Below the pieces are notes generated by a model. That model was not told the origin of the DNA, did not search any database, and saw only the letters and a list, made by a program, of their open reading frames with translations. Shown piece by piece: positions 19,941 through 56,382 of a stretch of DNA of 64,000 nucleotides. Source of the DNA: the human T2T-CHM13v2.0 reference genome, Homo sapiens; NCBI RefSeq assembly GCF_009914755.1, contig NC_060926.1, one strand, 5' to 3'. Positions within the stretch are counted from its first letter, which is position 1; the number at the start of each line of letters is the position of its first letter. Made by a program: the position numbers and the translations under genes.

Positions 19941-20049
19941 CTGCAAAATGAAAAATGAAAAGAATACATCAGCAACAAACCCAAAATATATATGTATTAA
20001 AATATGAATACATATGAGTACAATTAATAGGTAAGATGATGATTCAAAA

Positions 20050-20810
20050 AAACCTCTTTCAAACTATGTTTCTCCTCTAATCTCAAACCACAACAATCAT
20101 CAACCACAGAAGACTTCTGTGACCAAATGTGTGGGAGTTCTTCCAAGCAGCGGACACCAACTGGGTGTCCAATTCAGTTCTGACACAATCTACCTGGGGA
20201 CAGTGTCAGATCCCACAGGTTGGGAACTTGGTCTCTAAGACTAACCTCTCCCACAAAAACCCCAGACTCCACTTGCAAAAGTAGGCCTCCAGAACTTCTG
20301 AGCAACCGGCTTCAAGTTGGGTTTCCCATGACCTCCTCTTTGGGTTTGATTAATTTGCTGGAGTGATTCACAGAACTCAGGGAAGCAGTTGTTTATGTTT
20401 ACAGGTTTATTATAAATGATATTATAAAGAATGCAGATGAAGGGACAGTAGGGTGAGGTATGCGGGAAGGGGTGCAGAGCTTCCATGCCCTCCCTGACCA
20501 TGCCACCCTCCAGGAACCTCCACGTGTTCGGCTATCCGGAAGCAGTCCAAACCCAGTCTTCTTGGGTTTTTATGAGCTTCGTGACATCAACATTTCCTCA
20601 CACAGGGTGTAGGGTGGGATCTCTCAGGGGAGCGTCTTAAGACCCACGATCAGAAAGGTGGAGGGAGATTAGAGTCCTGCTTTGGGGCAGGAGAGAGATT
20701 CTCTTTCCAGAGGCCTAACATACCCAACATTGTTAACAAAAGGCTATAGCAAGAGCTATAGAAGTTATGAACTAGTAACTAGGACAAAAGCCAATATATA
20801 TAACATCACA
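20050..20810 (-). mobile_element. MER21-like ERVL LTR, sense to FASTKD1
   Basis: Minus strand begins TGTGATGTTATATATATTGG; internal MER21-type motifs; AATAAA at 20406-20411(-). Confidence 0.7.
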
Positions 20811-20849
20811 GGTGGGCATAATACAAGTTAATTTAAGAAGAGTTAGATA

Positions 20850-23985
<3,136 letters not shown>

Positions 23986-25664
23986 ATATACTTTTTTCTG
24001 TTTTCCAAAATTTTCAAAATGATTTTTATATATTTGGCCCAGTGCCTGACACAACCAGGCACTTAGTTAGTACTGCATATTTTATTCTTATAACCACAAA
24101 AAATTAATACACTATTTTATATTAAGAAATGAAAGCCTTCAAAAAGCTGCATCATTGTGGAGCTACCAATCTTGAGATACTTTTCTACAAATAAACCCCC
24201 AACAGATACAATTTCTCCAACCTCCACTTGGTGTTTTTCCTTGTGATACCTCCTCAATTGTCAAAGCTTAGATATTTGCGTATATTTATTTATAATACCA
24301 CAACATACCCACCAGAACAGCTCAAATTAAAAAGCATGAGCACTGTCCTGGGTTATAGGGGAAAAAAAGTAAAAAAATATCGAGTGTTGGCACGGATATG
24401 GAGCAATAGGAATGTGTACATTCTGTTAGTGGGAGTAGGGATTGGTAAAACCACTTTAGAAAATGTTCAGCAGCATCTACTGAAGATGAGGACATGCATA
24501 CCCTATGAACCAATGATTACACTCGCTGGCACACAGAAATGAATATGTATGTTCACTAAAAAATATACATGAATTTGTTCATAAACAGTACTGCTGATAA
24601 TAACCAAAAACTGGAAATAAATCGAATATCCATCAACAATAGAATAAATAAATAAATTTTGTTATATTCTTACAAGAGAATACTATAAGACAAAAGCATA
24701 AACAAATCTCATAAACTTAGTATTGAGCAAAAGAAGCCTGACACAAAAGAAATCACACTGACCAGGCGCAGTGGCTCATGCCTGTAACCCCAGCACTTCG
24801 GGAGGCCAAGGCAGGCAGATTACTTGAGCACAGGAGTTTGGGACCAGCCTGGGCAACATGGCAAAACCCCATCTCTACTAAAAATACAAAAAGTAGCTGG
24901 GTGTGGTAGCACGTGCCTGTAGTCCCAGCTACTCAGGAGGCTGAGGCAGGAGGGTCACTTGAGGTCACTTGAGGTTGCAGTGAGCCGAGATCACGCCACT
25001 GTACTCCAGCCTGGGAAAACGAATGAGACCCTATCTCAAAAAATAAAGGAAATCATACTAATGATTCCATTTATATAAAGTATAAAGGCAAAACCAATCC
25101 ATGCAGTTACAAATAGAGATAGTTAATCTTGGAGGTGAGGACAGGGTAATGAGGAAGGCAAATGTATATTTTATGTAGATTATATTTCAATAAGTTAAAA
25201 AACAACAACAGACATTATTCCAGTACATGAAAACTCTGGGTTCTTTGAGCTGTTTCAGGACCTAGGACCTATTTACATAAGAATTTATGTAAATTATTAG
25301 TTCAAATAGACTACATTCCTTCTAATATCTACTTCAGATTATCTGCACTGAAGTGGAAGAAGGTAATTCTGAAACATGAAGTGCCTATGATTTTTATATA
25401 ACAACACCAAACTTTCAAATGTTAGTAACTCAAACACTTTTGATATAATTTTAAACTACAGAGATACATAAAGGCTCTCCTTACTCAGAATTTAATAAGC
25501 TTTAACATTATCATACGTGCTTCAAGTCTTTTCATAAAAGCAACAAAACATTACAGGAAAATGAAATCTTCTTTGATGCTCCCACTCCTGCTCTTATTTT
25601 TCTGTTAACATACCTAGAAGTATTCATCAGTACTGAATAATTTAATTTTTTTAAAAAACACTGC

Positions 25665-30327
<4,663 letters not shown>

Positions 30328-30431
30328 TCAAAACATCTGGTAGATTAAAGAAGAAAACCATTTTTCCTTAGAAAAAAATAGGTGCTTGTGAATGACAACA
30401 AACTTAACGTCGTAAATTTCAGAAAAGATAC

Positions 30432-30542
30432 CTTTTAATCAGACATGAGTTTCTGCTTTCCATATCTCCCATTGCTCCCAACACTGCCAGGGCTTGCTCG
30501 CCAGTTAGGTCCTCTGACATCAATAACATAGTTGATTTAAGT
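30432..30542 (-). CDS. FASTKD1: FASTKD1 exon 6 (111 nt)
   Basis: LKSTMLLMSEDLTGEQALAVLGAMGDMESRNSCLIK; T-tract-GCTTCTAG| and AG|GTATCT. Confidence 0.95.
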
Positions 30543-31471
30543 CTAGAAGCAAAAAAAAAAAAGTTTTTGGTTGAAAGACTGAAAATTAGCTTGCAATTTT
30601 TTTTAAATAACAGTTCTTGGGTAACAAATAGGAAAAAAAAATATAAACAAAAACTGAATCCAATATATAATTCTAGTGTTCTCCCCACATTACTCGAATA
30701 TAAAATATTACTGAATAAAGAAAAATATATTGTCTTCTTCAATGAAATTCAGGCCTCATTATAATCCAATCTTAAACTGTTTGAAAAATACAGGTAAAAG
30801 ATATTTTAAGATTTTCAAATAATACAAGGTTATAATGGTTATAAAATACTATGATTCAGTGAAATTATTCAATACTAGAGAGCTAAGAAATGAACAGTTG
30901 ATATTCTGACAATTTCCCAAATGTTTTAAAACTGAATAGGAACATCTAGGAGTCAATAAACCTGCATATTATCAGAAATCTCATATACTAAGCACTTGAT
31001 ATAACAGTATAAACTGAAAATTAACAAAGCTGGTCCATTTTGACTATGATTAGTTGTCATTTGAACTATCCAAAGTAGTGCAGTAATGTTAAGTACCATG
31101 ATACGTGTATTTTTTAGAATCATTTAGAAAGCAAGCTCGAAACGTGACATCTGATAGGATAAACTAATTGTCTATTCACATGGATAACTCCATGCCATCC
31201 TTTCCACCAACCTTTTCAAAGGTTTCAAACCCAGTTTCTCCACAAACTTTTCCCAACCACTTCAGTCTATATTTTTCTCTCACTTCTGTCTGCTCACAGC
31301 ACTATCCATATCACTAATTTTATTGTTTCTTCATAAACTATGTTGTTACAGTATTTACATATTTCAATTATATCTATCTTCTCAATTGCAATATAAATTC
31401 CTTGAAGACAGACTCAGTTAAACCCAACTGTTTTATTGCTTTAGCACTGAGATTTTAACAGTACTTGGTGA

Positions 31472-32962
<1,491 letters not shown>

Positions 32963-33632
32963 TTGTAATTCTAAATATTTCATACAATTATGCTGGGTGG
33001 GGGAAGTTTATGTCTAGTATAAATCCAGTCACATGGCCTAGGAAGAGAAACTCTTATCTATTAACCGTATTTGTATGTTAATTTAATATTTGCTCATCAT
33101 TATATTTCAAATATTACTACCTACATCAATATCTAGCAAAACTGGAAATTCCTAAATGAGAGGCGCCACACAAAATTTGCTCAAACCTGACATGGGAACA
33201 TATGCCCAGTGCATAATAAATGCTTTGATGATTATTGTGATGAAGACAGCAAAGCATAAAATGGCCCTCTGCTATGACTACTATAATTCTAAATATTCCA
33301 CAGACTTACACTGGGTGGGGGAGTCTTATATGTGTAAATCCAGTCATGTAGCACAAAAGGGAGAATAAAAACACATGGCGTTTCCCCTCATTTTTTTTCA
33401 TGTTGGCCCAGTATCAGAGGTTTACCTTTCAGAACACAGCAACAGACTAAGAGTTTGAGATGTAAATTAGAATAATCAGAAAAAGAATCAAGGAGCAGAG
33501 CATAAGAGATTATTTTCCCTTCCACAACCTAATAGGGTGATATTTGTACCTTCCAGAGCTGCAAGGAGACCTAAGCTTGAAGGCTCCACGTATTCACAAC
33601 AAAAAAAGTAATGCATTTTAAACTGAACTTAC

Positions 33633-34545
<913 letters not shown>

Positions 34546-34904
34546 CAGGGAAGTAGGGTGGAGTGGGGCAAGAAGAGCAGGAAACTACTATAATTTAATT
34601 TTACCAAAGTGCTAATCACTTTGTAAATATGAGAGAAAAAGCTGTATCTGAAACGCCAAAGACAATCATAGTACTGGATTATGAAGGTTAGCATTGACAG
34701 TAAGTAATCTTATGTTAAAAACAAAACAAACCCTCAAACCACTGGTATGAAAACCAGAGAAACTCCTTAAATGTTAGTTTCAAATTAATAGTTCCTTGAC
34801 ATTCAGCAAATGTAACTATTAACTCTCCTTTATGAAACTGAAAAGAAAGTATTCCCAGATGGAAAGAATAAAAAAGACATAATTGTATGTAAAATTTGTG
34901 AATT

Positions 34905-35777
<873 letters not shown>

Positions 35778-35780
35778 TAG

Positions 35781-35915
<135 letters not shown>

Positions 35916-36004
35916 TAAATACTTCTTGGGTTTACTTCATGATATAATAATAATACCTACTATCCATTACTGAGAAACTTCTATGTTCTAGATACTTATT
36001 CAGA

Positions 36005-36374
36005 GGCCATTTTCAGTGGGTTTCTGACTGCCTTTGTTCAGAACTATCTTTTCAAGGATGTTTGCATAGCAAACAGCCTAGGAGAATAGAGATAATGTCT
36101 CCTGTTGGAGCAGAGTAGGCATGCTTTATTATAAAAGATTCAGGTTTCCTAAGCTCAGAGCTCCTCTCCTGGATCACAACCCATTATGGGAACGAGAGCT
36201 CAGGGAATCAACACAAGAAAATTCTGGTACTCTGCTACTGCTATTGCTATAAAAAACAAAGTCCTCTCTCTGACCTCGGAGTCTCAGGCCTTCCTACAGC
36301 ACACGTAGGAAAATGTGGCAGGCAAACTTAGCTTGCAAATAGGTAAAAACTCAGATCCTCCACAGACCTCAACA
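36005..36374 (+). mobile_element. LTR47-like ERVL LTR
   Basis: 3' motif aaagtcctctctctgacctcggagtctc...gtggcaggcaaacttagcttgcaaataggtaaaaactcaga...aaca. Confidence 0.6.
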
Positions 36375-36588
36375 ATATTGTATTACACTTTATGTACCTT
36401 ATGTCTAATCCCCACAGCAATATTGCAAAGTAGCTATTACTATCCCTCTTTTGCAGATGAGGATAACGAACTTCCAAGAGCTTAAGTAACCTTAAGTCAC
36501 ATAAACTAAGAGTAGCAAATCTGACTGCATCCACATCCAAAGCCCAGGATCTTTCCACCACAACACAAGATTCCCTAAATAAATTTAC

Positions 36589-36714
36589 CTTAAGTCCTGT
36601 GTGGTTTCCAAGTTCCTATGAACAATATCAGCTATTTTTCCCATTAATGGACTAAAATACAAATGCTGATCTGCTAGGCAAGAGGAAAATTCTGAGAGCA
36701 GTTTAATATCAAAC
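36589..36714 (-). CDS. FASTKD1: FASTKD1 exon 4 (126 nt)
   Basis: FDIKLLSEFSSCLADQHLYFSPLMGKIADIVHRNLETTQDL; TAG| and AG|GTAAAT. Confidence 0.95.
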
Positions 36715-37799
36715 CTATTAAAGGAAATATACAAAGGAGAACATTAGTATTTACTTTCACTTAAAACACATAATATATAGTTATAAAATTAAAAGCAATC
36801 AAAATAGTAAATTACATAAAATTTTTTTTCTAAAATGTTATTATTATAAAAGTAACATGGCAACAGTTAAAAAGTCAGATACTGTAGAAAGGTTTTGAAA
36901 GGGGGAAAATCACTAAAAATTATTTGAATGATTTACTTAATTTTTTTAGATGACAGAACAATTTTGACTCAAGGTTGCATATTAACAAATATAATGGCTG
37001 CTACTACAACAGTGCTATGAATTTTTTTAATAGGAGAAATAATCCAATTTCTTCAACAAGAAAATGGCAAGACAAAAGAGAGGAAAAAGGAACTGTTATA
37101 GATTTTATGACTTTGAATTCACTAAAAAACAAGCATAAGAAAATTCACAGCAACACATATGTAATAGCAAAACCCTGCAAAAAACCCGAATGTCCATCAA
37201 GAGTACAATGGATAAACTGCACATACTCATACAATAGAATAAAATTATGGAATCATACAACATAATGGATAAATCCTTAAAACATACTGAGCAAACTAAA
37301 CTATAAGGGTACATACTATAGGATTCCATTTCTATAGAAACAATTTATGGTGTTAGAGGTCAAGATCCTTTTTGGGTGAGAGGACTAGAAGAGAACATGA
37401 AAAGAACTAATGATGTTGTTTCCTTATCTTGGTGCTGTTACATAGCAATGATCAGTATATTAAAATTCATCATGCTGTATGCTTATGACTAGTATAATTT
37501 TTATACATTATTTTTCTGTAAAGTTTATTTAAAAAGAAACAAAAAAATTTAAGAGACACAGTAATTGTGAACCTTACTCAGAAACTGATTTAAATAAACT
37601 GCCTATAAAAAGACCTTTATAAGACAATCAACAAAATTTGAACACAGACAAGGTACTAGGTAATATCGAAAATTTAAATTTATCAATTTTATTATGTTTT
37701 TAAGACACAGTGTCTCACTGTGTTGCCCAGGCTGAACTTGAACATCTAGGCTCAAGTGATCCTCCAACCTCAGCATTTTTATTAAAATTAAAAAAAAAA

Positions 37800-39525
<1,726 letters not shown>

Positions 39526-39829
39526 TGCCACCTCAGCCTTCTGAGTAGCTGAAACTACAAGCGTGTGCCACCATGCCCAGCTGGTTCTATATTTTTAAAA
39601 AGTCCTTAGAGAAACATACTGAGGTATTTAAAGATGAAATGATATTATTTAAAATATACTGAAGTATACTGAGAGTGGGAGGGGATATAGATAAAACAAG
39701 ACTGGCTATGTGTTGACAATTGTTGAAGCTGGAGGATGGGTACATGGGAATTCGTTGTACTACTCTTTCTCCTTTTGTAAATGTTAAAAATATTCTATAA
39801 TAGAAAGTTTTTTAAAAAAAATTTGGATT

Positions 39830-44982
<5,153 letters not shown>

Positions 44983-45015
44983 TCATTCCATAAAATATAA
45001 AAGTAAATTACTTAC

Positions 45016-45392
45016 TGTTGTGTGACGTATAACACATTCACCAGGGTATCGTCATTCATTAATTTGAATTTATTTGTAGCTAAATTATGAAGAGTAAGAA
45101 ATTGAGGATGGTCTCTGACATACTCAGCATTTTTTAACAGGCTGGTCTTCTGCTTTTGAAGCTTCCAAAGCATATCAAATGCACATCCCACTTGCTTTTC
45201 TGAAAGTATGGCTTTGTTTCTTTCAATAAAACCAAACATTTGCTCCTCATCTGTACACTTATTCATCTGAATAATTAGTGGTTCACAACTGATGGGTCGA
45301 AATTGAAACACTCTCCAGGAGAATGGACAAATAGCTCTTAGACGAAGCATATTTGTAACCAATGACTCTAGGAAAACAGGTGTTTTTTTCAT
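45016..45392 (-). CDS. FASTKD1: FASTKD1 exon 2 coding part (exon spans 45016-45534 with 142 nt of 5'UTR); N-terminal mitochondrial targeting region
   Basis: ATG at 45392, MKKTPVF...YVTQ; donor CA|GTAAGT; acceptor TTCTTTTATAG| at 45535; 377 nt. Confidence 0.96.
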
Positions 45393-47030
45393 TTATATCA
45401 CAAGTTTTCTTAGGTAAACAAAACCATCTGCAACTAGTCGTCAGGTGCAATAAGCAGGGATACAAATAACAGTTTTTCCTTCATGTATTTTGCTTCCATT
45501 ACAATGACTGTAAACGCATTCCAATGTACAGCTTCTATAAAAGAATTGGTTTAACATGGTTATGCTTACATCATTAATATCAAAATGATTCCAAAATTCA
45601 AATTAAAGTAATACATTTTTTCTGCATTAACTAAAGACTTTTTCTTAGTCTAAACCAGATAGCAGAATTTGATCAAAAAATAAATGTCCAGAAAAAGGGG
45701 CTTCTTTCTGCACCCCATTTTAAAAGTGTTTTAAATCTGACATTTACATAAAGTTTTCAAATTTACCATAAAAGGAAAAAAAAAGCCCACAAACTCAGAG
45801 CTGTCTTTTCGAAAAAGAGGAAAATTGTTTAAAATAAATAATCACCTTCAAAGTTTCTAAAAAGTGTAGGCATTAATTCAGAGCCATATATATTTATACA
45901 TACATATATATATACTTTTTTTTTTAATTTTTCAGAAGTATGGTCTCAGGTTTATTTGCTTTCAGGATAATTTCTTGCCCCTTTTTCTTGTGCCCTTAAA
46001 GAGCTCAAATAATTCCTTTCTTTAGAAAATAAATAAATAAAAGAAGTCATATAATTTAATCATTACCGGCCTTGGATAGGTTTTAACCAATGAACGACAC
46101 AATTAAAGCACCAATCAAGAAATACTAAGAAATTAAGTAATGTTTCAAGTCATGCTGAAACAATAAAAGAACTAAAGATAATTATGAAAAAAGAATAATT
46201 TGTTTTAAAAATATGCTATAAATGTTTACATTTATAATTGAGAAGTAATGGTTAGAAAAGCAGGGACTAAAGTCATATAATCTAATATTTCTGCAACATG
46301 TTACCATTTACAAAGAACGTTTGAAACACATTATCTCATTAAATTCTCTCAGCTAACCTTCCAGGTTGATATTATTTCCATTTTACAGATAAGGCAAAAT
46401 AGGTTCAAAAAGGTTTAAAAAATCCTTCTAGTACTAGTGAAGCAGGGACTACAACTCAGTTCTTTCCACTTGAACAGCTTCATTACACAAACAAATCAAC
46501 GCTGTATCACTAAATTCATGTCTCAGACCCCTCTCTACGGCTATGCCAAACAGTCTGTTCACAAGAAAAAACGACGCGACAGTACAGGCTATTTTGTGGC
46601 AAGCAGTACAGCATCCTGACCTAAGCTGACCTGGGTCACAAACCTGCACAAGAAAACCCTGCACAAATCAAAGGTATCCTCAAGATACTATATTCATCCA
46701 CTGAGCTGCTCAAAGTGGAGGCAGCTCAATGGTTAGCATAGAAAGGTGTCGAGTCCCCAGCTTTGCCCCAGCTGAATGACCTTAAGGAAGGAACTTAACT
46801 ACAGGAAGGGCCTTGGGACCCTAAGGGGTATCTTCTGCGCCGGGCATAAAGGAGAGCTAAACAAATGAGTGAATGAATGGGGTCTCAGCCCTGCCCTAGT
46901 CCATCCGCACTTCAGAGAACCCAATATCCCGAAGGAAGCCTCCGTATCTCAACTGAACCCTATGTCCCCAGCCCGAAAACGTGCTGGGTGGGAAAAGAAA
47001 AATAGCCGCTGCCACACAGTCCCGACTTGC

Positions 47031-47240
47031 CAGCAAGGTTTTCCCTCAGCGCGCCGCAAATTTTCTGGAGGATCCTGGGGTTATGAAAGCTCAGAAGTCA
47101 GGGTTATTCCTGGTCCCAACACGGAACGAAACAGGCTCGGATGTCTCGCCCAACCCTCATATCTCAGGGTTTATAACCTTTCTTCGAGAGACATGACCTT
47201 TCCCATGAGACCTTGCCCCCAAACCAGGAAAAAATGCCCG
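47031..47240 (-). other. FASTKD1: Probable FASTKD1 non-coding exon 1 (TSS approximate)
   Basis: CpG-containing region just downstream of the ETS/ZNF143 motifs; best donor candidate is CTG|GCAAGT (GC donor) at 47031/47030. Inferred, not proven. Confidence 0.5.
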
Positions 47241-47360
47241 GCAGGCGCAGCGTGCACTGCGGAAGTCACGCACTACATATCCCAGGGTGGGTCGCGGCGA
47301 GGTGGGTGAAATGGACGTCGCTCACGCATTTTGGGGGAATTCTGGGCATTGTAGTTCCTC
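47190..47360. promoter_or_regulatory. FASTKD1: FASTKD1 promoter: ETS/GABP site (CGGAAGT 47260-47266) and ZNF143/THAP11 SBS motifs (ACTACATATCCCAG 47272-47285 +; ACTACAATGCCCAGAA 47340-47355 -; TTTCCCATGAGACC near 47199)
   Basis: Motifs seen directly in a CpG-containing segment upstream of exon 2. Confidence 0.75.
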
Positions 47361-47873
47361 ATTGAGGGAGGCTCTAGCGCAGTACACAGCTTAAGCTGTT
47401 GAAGAAGATATAGGTCGTTTAGGTTATTCTCTACTATCTAAGGTTGTTCTCCTAGTCCTTGGAAGTCTACTACTTTTATAATATACACAAAAATATACTT
47501 AGGAAAATGAAATTTAAAAATGTAAACATGGAAAAGACACGTACAGATTTTTCTTATTATTTTTTAGCATATACGAAATAACTCTGTCGAGTAACTTTGA
47601 AAGTATGCAAACTCATACTCTCAGTTTCTGCACTTATGTCGTGGATAGGTACCAGTTCTCAGACCATATTTTTTTTTTACTTACCATGGTATTTTAATAG
47701 TCCCAAGATTTGACACTTGACACTTAAAAAAAAAATACCACTAATAAATAACCAAAGTGGAATGCTTACCAAAGTTACAACAGACATAATTTTCAGCTGA
47801 TAATCACTACAACAAAGTAAGGCTCTAAAGGTACCAAACTGATATTTGTTGGAATATGCTGTGCAACTTTCTT

Positions 47874-49348
47874 TTTTTTATTTTATTTATTTATTTTTTT
47901 TATTGATCATTCTTGGGTGTTTCTCGCAGAGGGGGATTTGGCAGGGTCGTAGGACAATAGTGGAGGGAAGGTCAGCAGATAAACAAGTGAACAAAGGTCT
48001 CTGGTTTTCCTAGGCAGAGGACCCTGCGGCCTTCTGCAGTGTTTGTGTCCCTGAGTACTTGAGATTAGGGAGTGGTGATGACTCTTAAGGAGCATGCTGC
48101 CTTCAACCATCTGTTTAACAAAGCACATCTTGCACCGCCCTTAATCCATTTAACCCTGAGTGGACACAGCACATGTTTCAGAGAGCACAGGGTTGGGGGT
48201 AAGGTCATAGATCAACAGGATAAGAATTTTTCTTAGTACAGAACAAAATGAAAAGTCTCCCATGTCTACTTCTTTCTACACAGACACAGCAACTTTCCGA
48301 TTTCTCAATCTTTTCCCCACCTTTCCCCCTTTTCTATTCCATAAAACCGCCATTGTCATCATGGCCCGTTCTCAATGAGCTGTTGGGTACACCTCCCAGA
48401 CGGGGTGGTGGCCGGGCAGAGGGGCTCCTCACTTCCCAGTAGGGGTGGCCGGGCAGAGGCGCCCCTCACCTCCCGGACGGGGCGGCTGGCGGGGCGGGGG
48501 GCTGACCCCCCCACCTCCCTCCCGGACGGGGCGGCTGGCCTGGCGGGGGCTGATCCCCACCTCCCTCCCGGAGAGGGTGGCTGCCGGGTGGAGACGCTCC
48601 TCACTTCCCTGACGGGGCGGCTGCTGGGCGGAGGGGCTCCTCACTTCTCAGACGGGGCGGCTGCCGGGCGGAGGGTCTCCTCACTTCTCAGACGGGGCGG
48701 CCGGGCAGAGACGGTCCTCACTTCCCAGACGGGGTCGCGGCCGGGCAGAGGTGCTCCTCACATCCCAGACGGGGCGGTGGGGCAGAGGCGCTCCCCACAT
48801 CTCAGACGATGGGCGGCTGGGCAGAGACGCTCCTCACTTCCTAGATGGGATGGCGGCCAGGCAGAGACGCTCCTCACTTCCCAAACGGGGTGGCGGCCGG
48901 GCAGAGGCTGCAATCTCGGCACTTTGGGAGGCCAAGGCAGGCGGCTGGGAGGTGGAGGTTGTAGCGAGCCGAGATCACGCCACTGCACTTCAGCCTGGGC
49001 ACCATTGAGCACTGAGTGAACGAGACTCCGTCTGCAATCCCGGCACCTCGGGAGGCCAAGGCTGGCGGATCACTCGCGGTTAGGAGCTGGAGACCAGCCC
49101 CGCCAACACAGCAAAACCCCATCTCCACCAAAAAAATACGAAAACCAGTCAGGCGTGGCAGCGCGCAGGCACTTGGCAGGCTGAGGCAGGAGAATCAGGC
49201 AGGGAGGTTGCAGTGAGCCGAGATGGCAGCAGCACAGTCCAGCTTCGGCTCGGCATCAGAGGGAGACCGTGGAAAGAGAGGGAGAGGGAGACCGTGAGGG
49301 AGAGGGAGAGGGAGACCGTGGGGAGAGGGAGAGGGAGAGGGAGAGGGG
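47874..49348 (-). mobile_element. Full-length SVA retrotransposon: CCCTCT hexamer ~49300-49348, Alu-like ~48900-49300, VNTR ~48390-48900, SINE-R ~47900-48390, poly(A)
   Basis: All SVA domains present in order; TSD GCAACTTTCTT at 47863-47873 and 49349-49359. Subfamily not determined. Confidence 0.97.
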
Positions 49349-49427
49349 GCAACTTTCTTATTGTGTGGGTTACAGAGGAGACTCTTGGTTTATGTGGTCA
49401 TGGTTATTGTCATAAAACCAGTTTTAG

Positions 49428-54873
<5,446 letters not shown>

Positions 54874-55377
54874 CCAAAAAGCATTTTTAAATCCTTACCT
54901 ATGGGATAATAAATGTTGTTTCAAGCCACTAAGATACAAGGGGACAGCTAAAAAATGTAGTTCTTAGCAGAACAGACACTTTCCAGTGACACCCCCTACT
55001 ATGTAAGTGGGAGTACAAATTTTGGAGCTGTTACTGCTATGTTAGTAAAATACTTCTCTGGCATTTGATGATTCGGGCTGGCAGAAACTCAGATCCTTAT
55101 GATGTGAGGTCATCACTGGGTGAGGTGGTACATACCTGTAGTCCCAGCTACTCTGGAGACTAAGGTGGGAGAATCGCTTGACTCCAGGAGTTCAAGTCCA
55201 TCCTGAGCAACATAATGAGACCCTGTCTCTAGAAAAAAAGAAAAAAAATGAAGCTATGTAGAATTAGACAAGTGAAAAGTTCCGTGATAATCAGTCTATT
55301 CTTTCTTCTCTGTGTCAGTTATCCCTTGCTGTGTGACAAAATCATCCCAAAACTTAGTGGCTTAAACAACACTTATT

Positions 55378-55510
55378 TATATATATATACACATATATAC
55401 ACACACACGTACATATATGTGTGTGTATATATATGTATATATACACATATATAGTATATGTATACATACACACACTAGGATAATAAATATATATATAAAT
55501 ATATATAAGG
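55378..55510. repeat. (TA)n/(CA)n compound microsatellite
   Basis: Alternating purine-pyrimidine tract. Confidence 0.9.
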
Positions 55511-55564
55511 AAACTATAGGATAACAAATGTTGTTTATTATATACACTATACATACAGTATCCT

Positions 55565-56382
55565 TCCATTTATTTATTTTTATTTAAGTTGTGGGGTACA
55601 TATGCAGGTTTGTTACAGAGGTAAACTTGTGTAATGGGGGTTTGTTGTACAGAATATTTCATCACCTAGGTATTAAGTCTAGGACCCATTAGTTATTTTT
55701 CCTGATCCTCTCCCTCCTCCCACTGTCTACACTCTGATACGCCCCAGTGTGTATTGTGCCCCTCTATGTCTTCATGTGTTCTCATCATTTAGCTCCCACT
55801 TATAAGTGAGAACATGTGGTACTTGGTTTTCTGTTTCTGCATTAGTTTGCTAAGGATAATGGTCTCCAGCTCCATCCATGTTCCTGCGAAGGGCATGAGA
55901 TCATTCTTTTTCATGGCTGCATAGTATTCCATGGAGTATATGTACCACATTTTCTTTATCAAGTCTACCATTGATGGACATTTAGGTTGACTCCATGTCT
56001 TCGCTATTGTGAATAGTGTGGCAATGAACATACATATGTGTATGTCTTTATAACAGAACAACTTATATTCCTTTGGGTATATACCCAGTAATGTGATTGC
56101 TGGGTCAAATGGTATTTCTGCCTCTAGGTCTTTGAGGAATCGCCACGCTGTCTTCCACAATAGTTGAATTCATTTAAACTCCCACCAGCACTGTAAAATG
56201 TTCCTTTTTCTCCACAACCTCACCAGCACCTGTTATTTTTTGACTTTTTAATAATAGCCATTCTGACTGGTATGAGATAGTATCTCACTGCGGTTTTGAT
56301 TTGCATTTTTCTGATGATTGGTGGTGTTGAGCTTTTTCATTATGATTGTTGGCTGCAAGTATGTCTTCTTTCGAAAAGCGTT
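55565..56382 (-). mobile_element. L1PA (older primate L1) 3' fragment
   Basis: ORF 55789..56160 is the L1 ORF2 C-terminus (WKTAWRFLKDLE...MFSLISGS) followed by L1PA 3'UTR. Confidence 0.93.

Noticed and set aside
46869-47309. 146-aa ORF antisense to FASTKD1 exon 1
   Set aside because: GTG start in a GC-richer promoter region, no homology recognised.
55789-56160. 123-aa ORF as a gene
   Set aside because: C-terminus of L1 ORF2 in a 5'-truncated element.
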